A stretch of 64,000 nucleotides of DNA, taken from NCBI GenBank assembly GCA_949358305.1, contig OX442314.1, positions 15,562,001 through 15,626,000 on the forward strand. Direction: 5' to 3'. A program made the translations under genes and the position numbers. The stretch is from Strigamia acuminata (taxonomy: Eukaryota). A model generated the notes under the pieces. That model did not search any database. It saw only the letters and a list, made by a program, of their open reading frames with translations, and had not been told where the DNA came from. Positions 63,361 through 64,000 of this stretch are shown here, piece after piece; the stretch's first letter is position 1; the number at the start of each line of letters is the position of its first letter.

Positions 63361-63493
63361 TGAATTTGTGCCATTTGCACTTGAATTGGTGCCATTTGCA
63401 CTTGAATTCGTGGCATTTCCACATGAATTTGTGCCATTTGCATCTGAATTCACGCCATTTCCACCTGAATTTGTGCCATTTTCACATGAATTC
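63361..63493. repeat. 21-bp minisatellite, ~6 copies (TGAATTTGTGCCATTTGCACT)
   Basis: Directly visible tandem units, preceded by short CCACG(T/C) and GGACGCC repeats at 63301-63360. Confidence 0.85.
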
Positions 63494-64000
63494 TGGTGAT
63501 TTATCCTTGAATGAATCTTAATATATTAAAAAAGAATTTTCGCAGTTTTCGATGCACATTGTGTCACAGTAGGTGGAGTCGCGCTAGACTGTTTTCGCAG
63601 TATATTGTTGTTTTAAAAATTTGTCCTGGTAGATTGTTGTCGCCGTATATTGTGTGACGGCAGGTGTGCGTCCCCCTTTCAATTCCCAGCAGTGCGGTTT
63701 GTAACCATACCTAATTTTTGTTACATTTTAAATAAAAACAAGAATATTTGAAAGAAAGAAATTCTCATTTTTGGCCCTCTTTTTGCTGTAATCGACACAC
63801 AATAGGCGCTGCCTGGGTTCTTTAATTATTCTTTTTCATTGGGCCTAACCAAAACTTAACAAAACGCCCAAATGAATGGGCCATTCAAAACTAAAAAAAA
63901 AAGATTTAAAAAAATAATAGAGAGATAGAATAGCTAATTCAGCAATCTCAAGAGTCAACTTTGGTATCGCCATAGATTTGAAAGAACTATTTAGTTTACA

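Larger units (their letters stand above)
62324..63675. mobile_element. Degenerate fold-back or MULE-like element with arrays of short subterminal repeats; contains the 62523-63261 MITE and a 21-bp minisatellite
   Basis: The left arm has tandem (C)AGCGACACAA repeats (62342-62390) and the right arm has degenerate reverse-complement copies (ATTGTGTC, TTGTCGCCG, ATTGTGTG; 63558-63660). GGG..CCC ends are flanked by similar CTTTCATTA / CTTTCAATT. Confidence 0.4.

Noticed and set aside
63271..63453. ORF with NSSANGT repeats resembling an antifreeze or mucin-like peptide
   Set aside because: It is the translation of a 21-bp minisatellite inside a repeat element; no signal peptide or supporting splice context.

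Overview
AT-rich, intron-containing eukaryotic DNA, most likely arthropod (inferred from the Dscam-type gene). There are three main components. (1) A very young 11,498-bp Ty3/Gypsy-type LTR retrotransposon at 17744-29241 (+). It has 610-bp LTRs that are identical by eye, an ACAT target-site duplication, a tRNA-Pro-type PBS, a PPT, an unusually long gag, and pol joined to gag by a canonical -1 frameshift signal (A AAA AAC plus a 9-bp stem). A 303-bp hAT-type MITE has inserted into the integrase. The element also carries a large intact third ORF (904 aa from ATG 25844) that sits where env would be but has none of the features of an envelope protein; this is the best candidate for an undescribed system. 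(2) The 3' part of a Dscam-family gene on the minus strand: ten phase-consistent exons from 60083 down to 48601, encoding Ig-FN3-FN3-TM-cytoplasmic tail; the 5' part lies outside the window and the 3' end is unresolved. (3) A probable signal-peptide first exon (15126-15051, minus) with a CpG-rich promoter about 2 kb from the retroelement; it may start a second, possibly tandem, surface-receptor gene. The remainder is intronic or intergenic DNA with several MITEs, a 5S-rRNA-derived SINE-like element and short tandem repeats. All calls were made by reading the sequence; no database searches were run.
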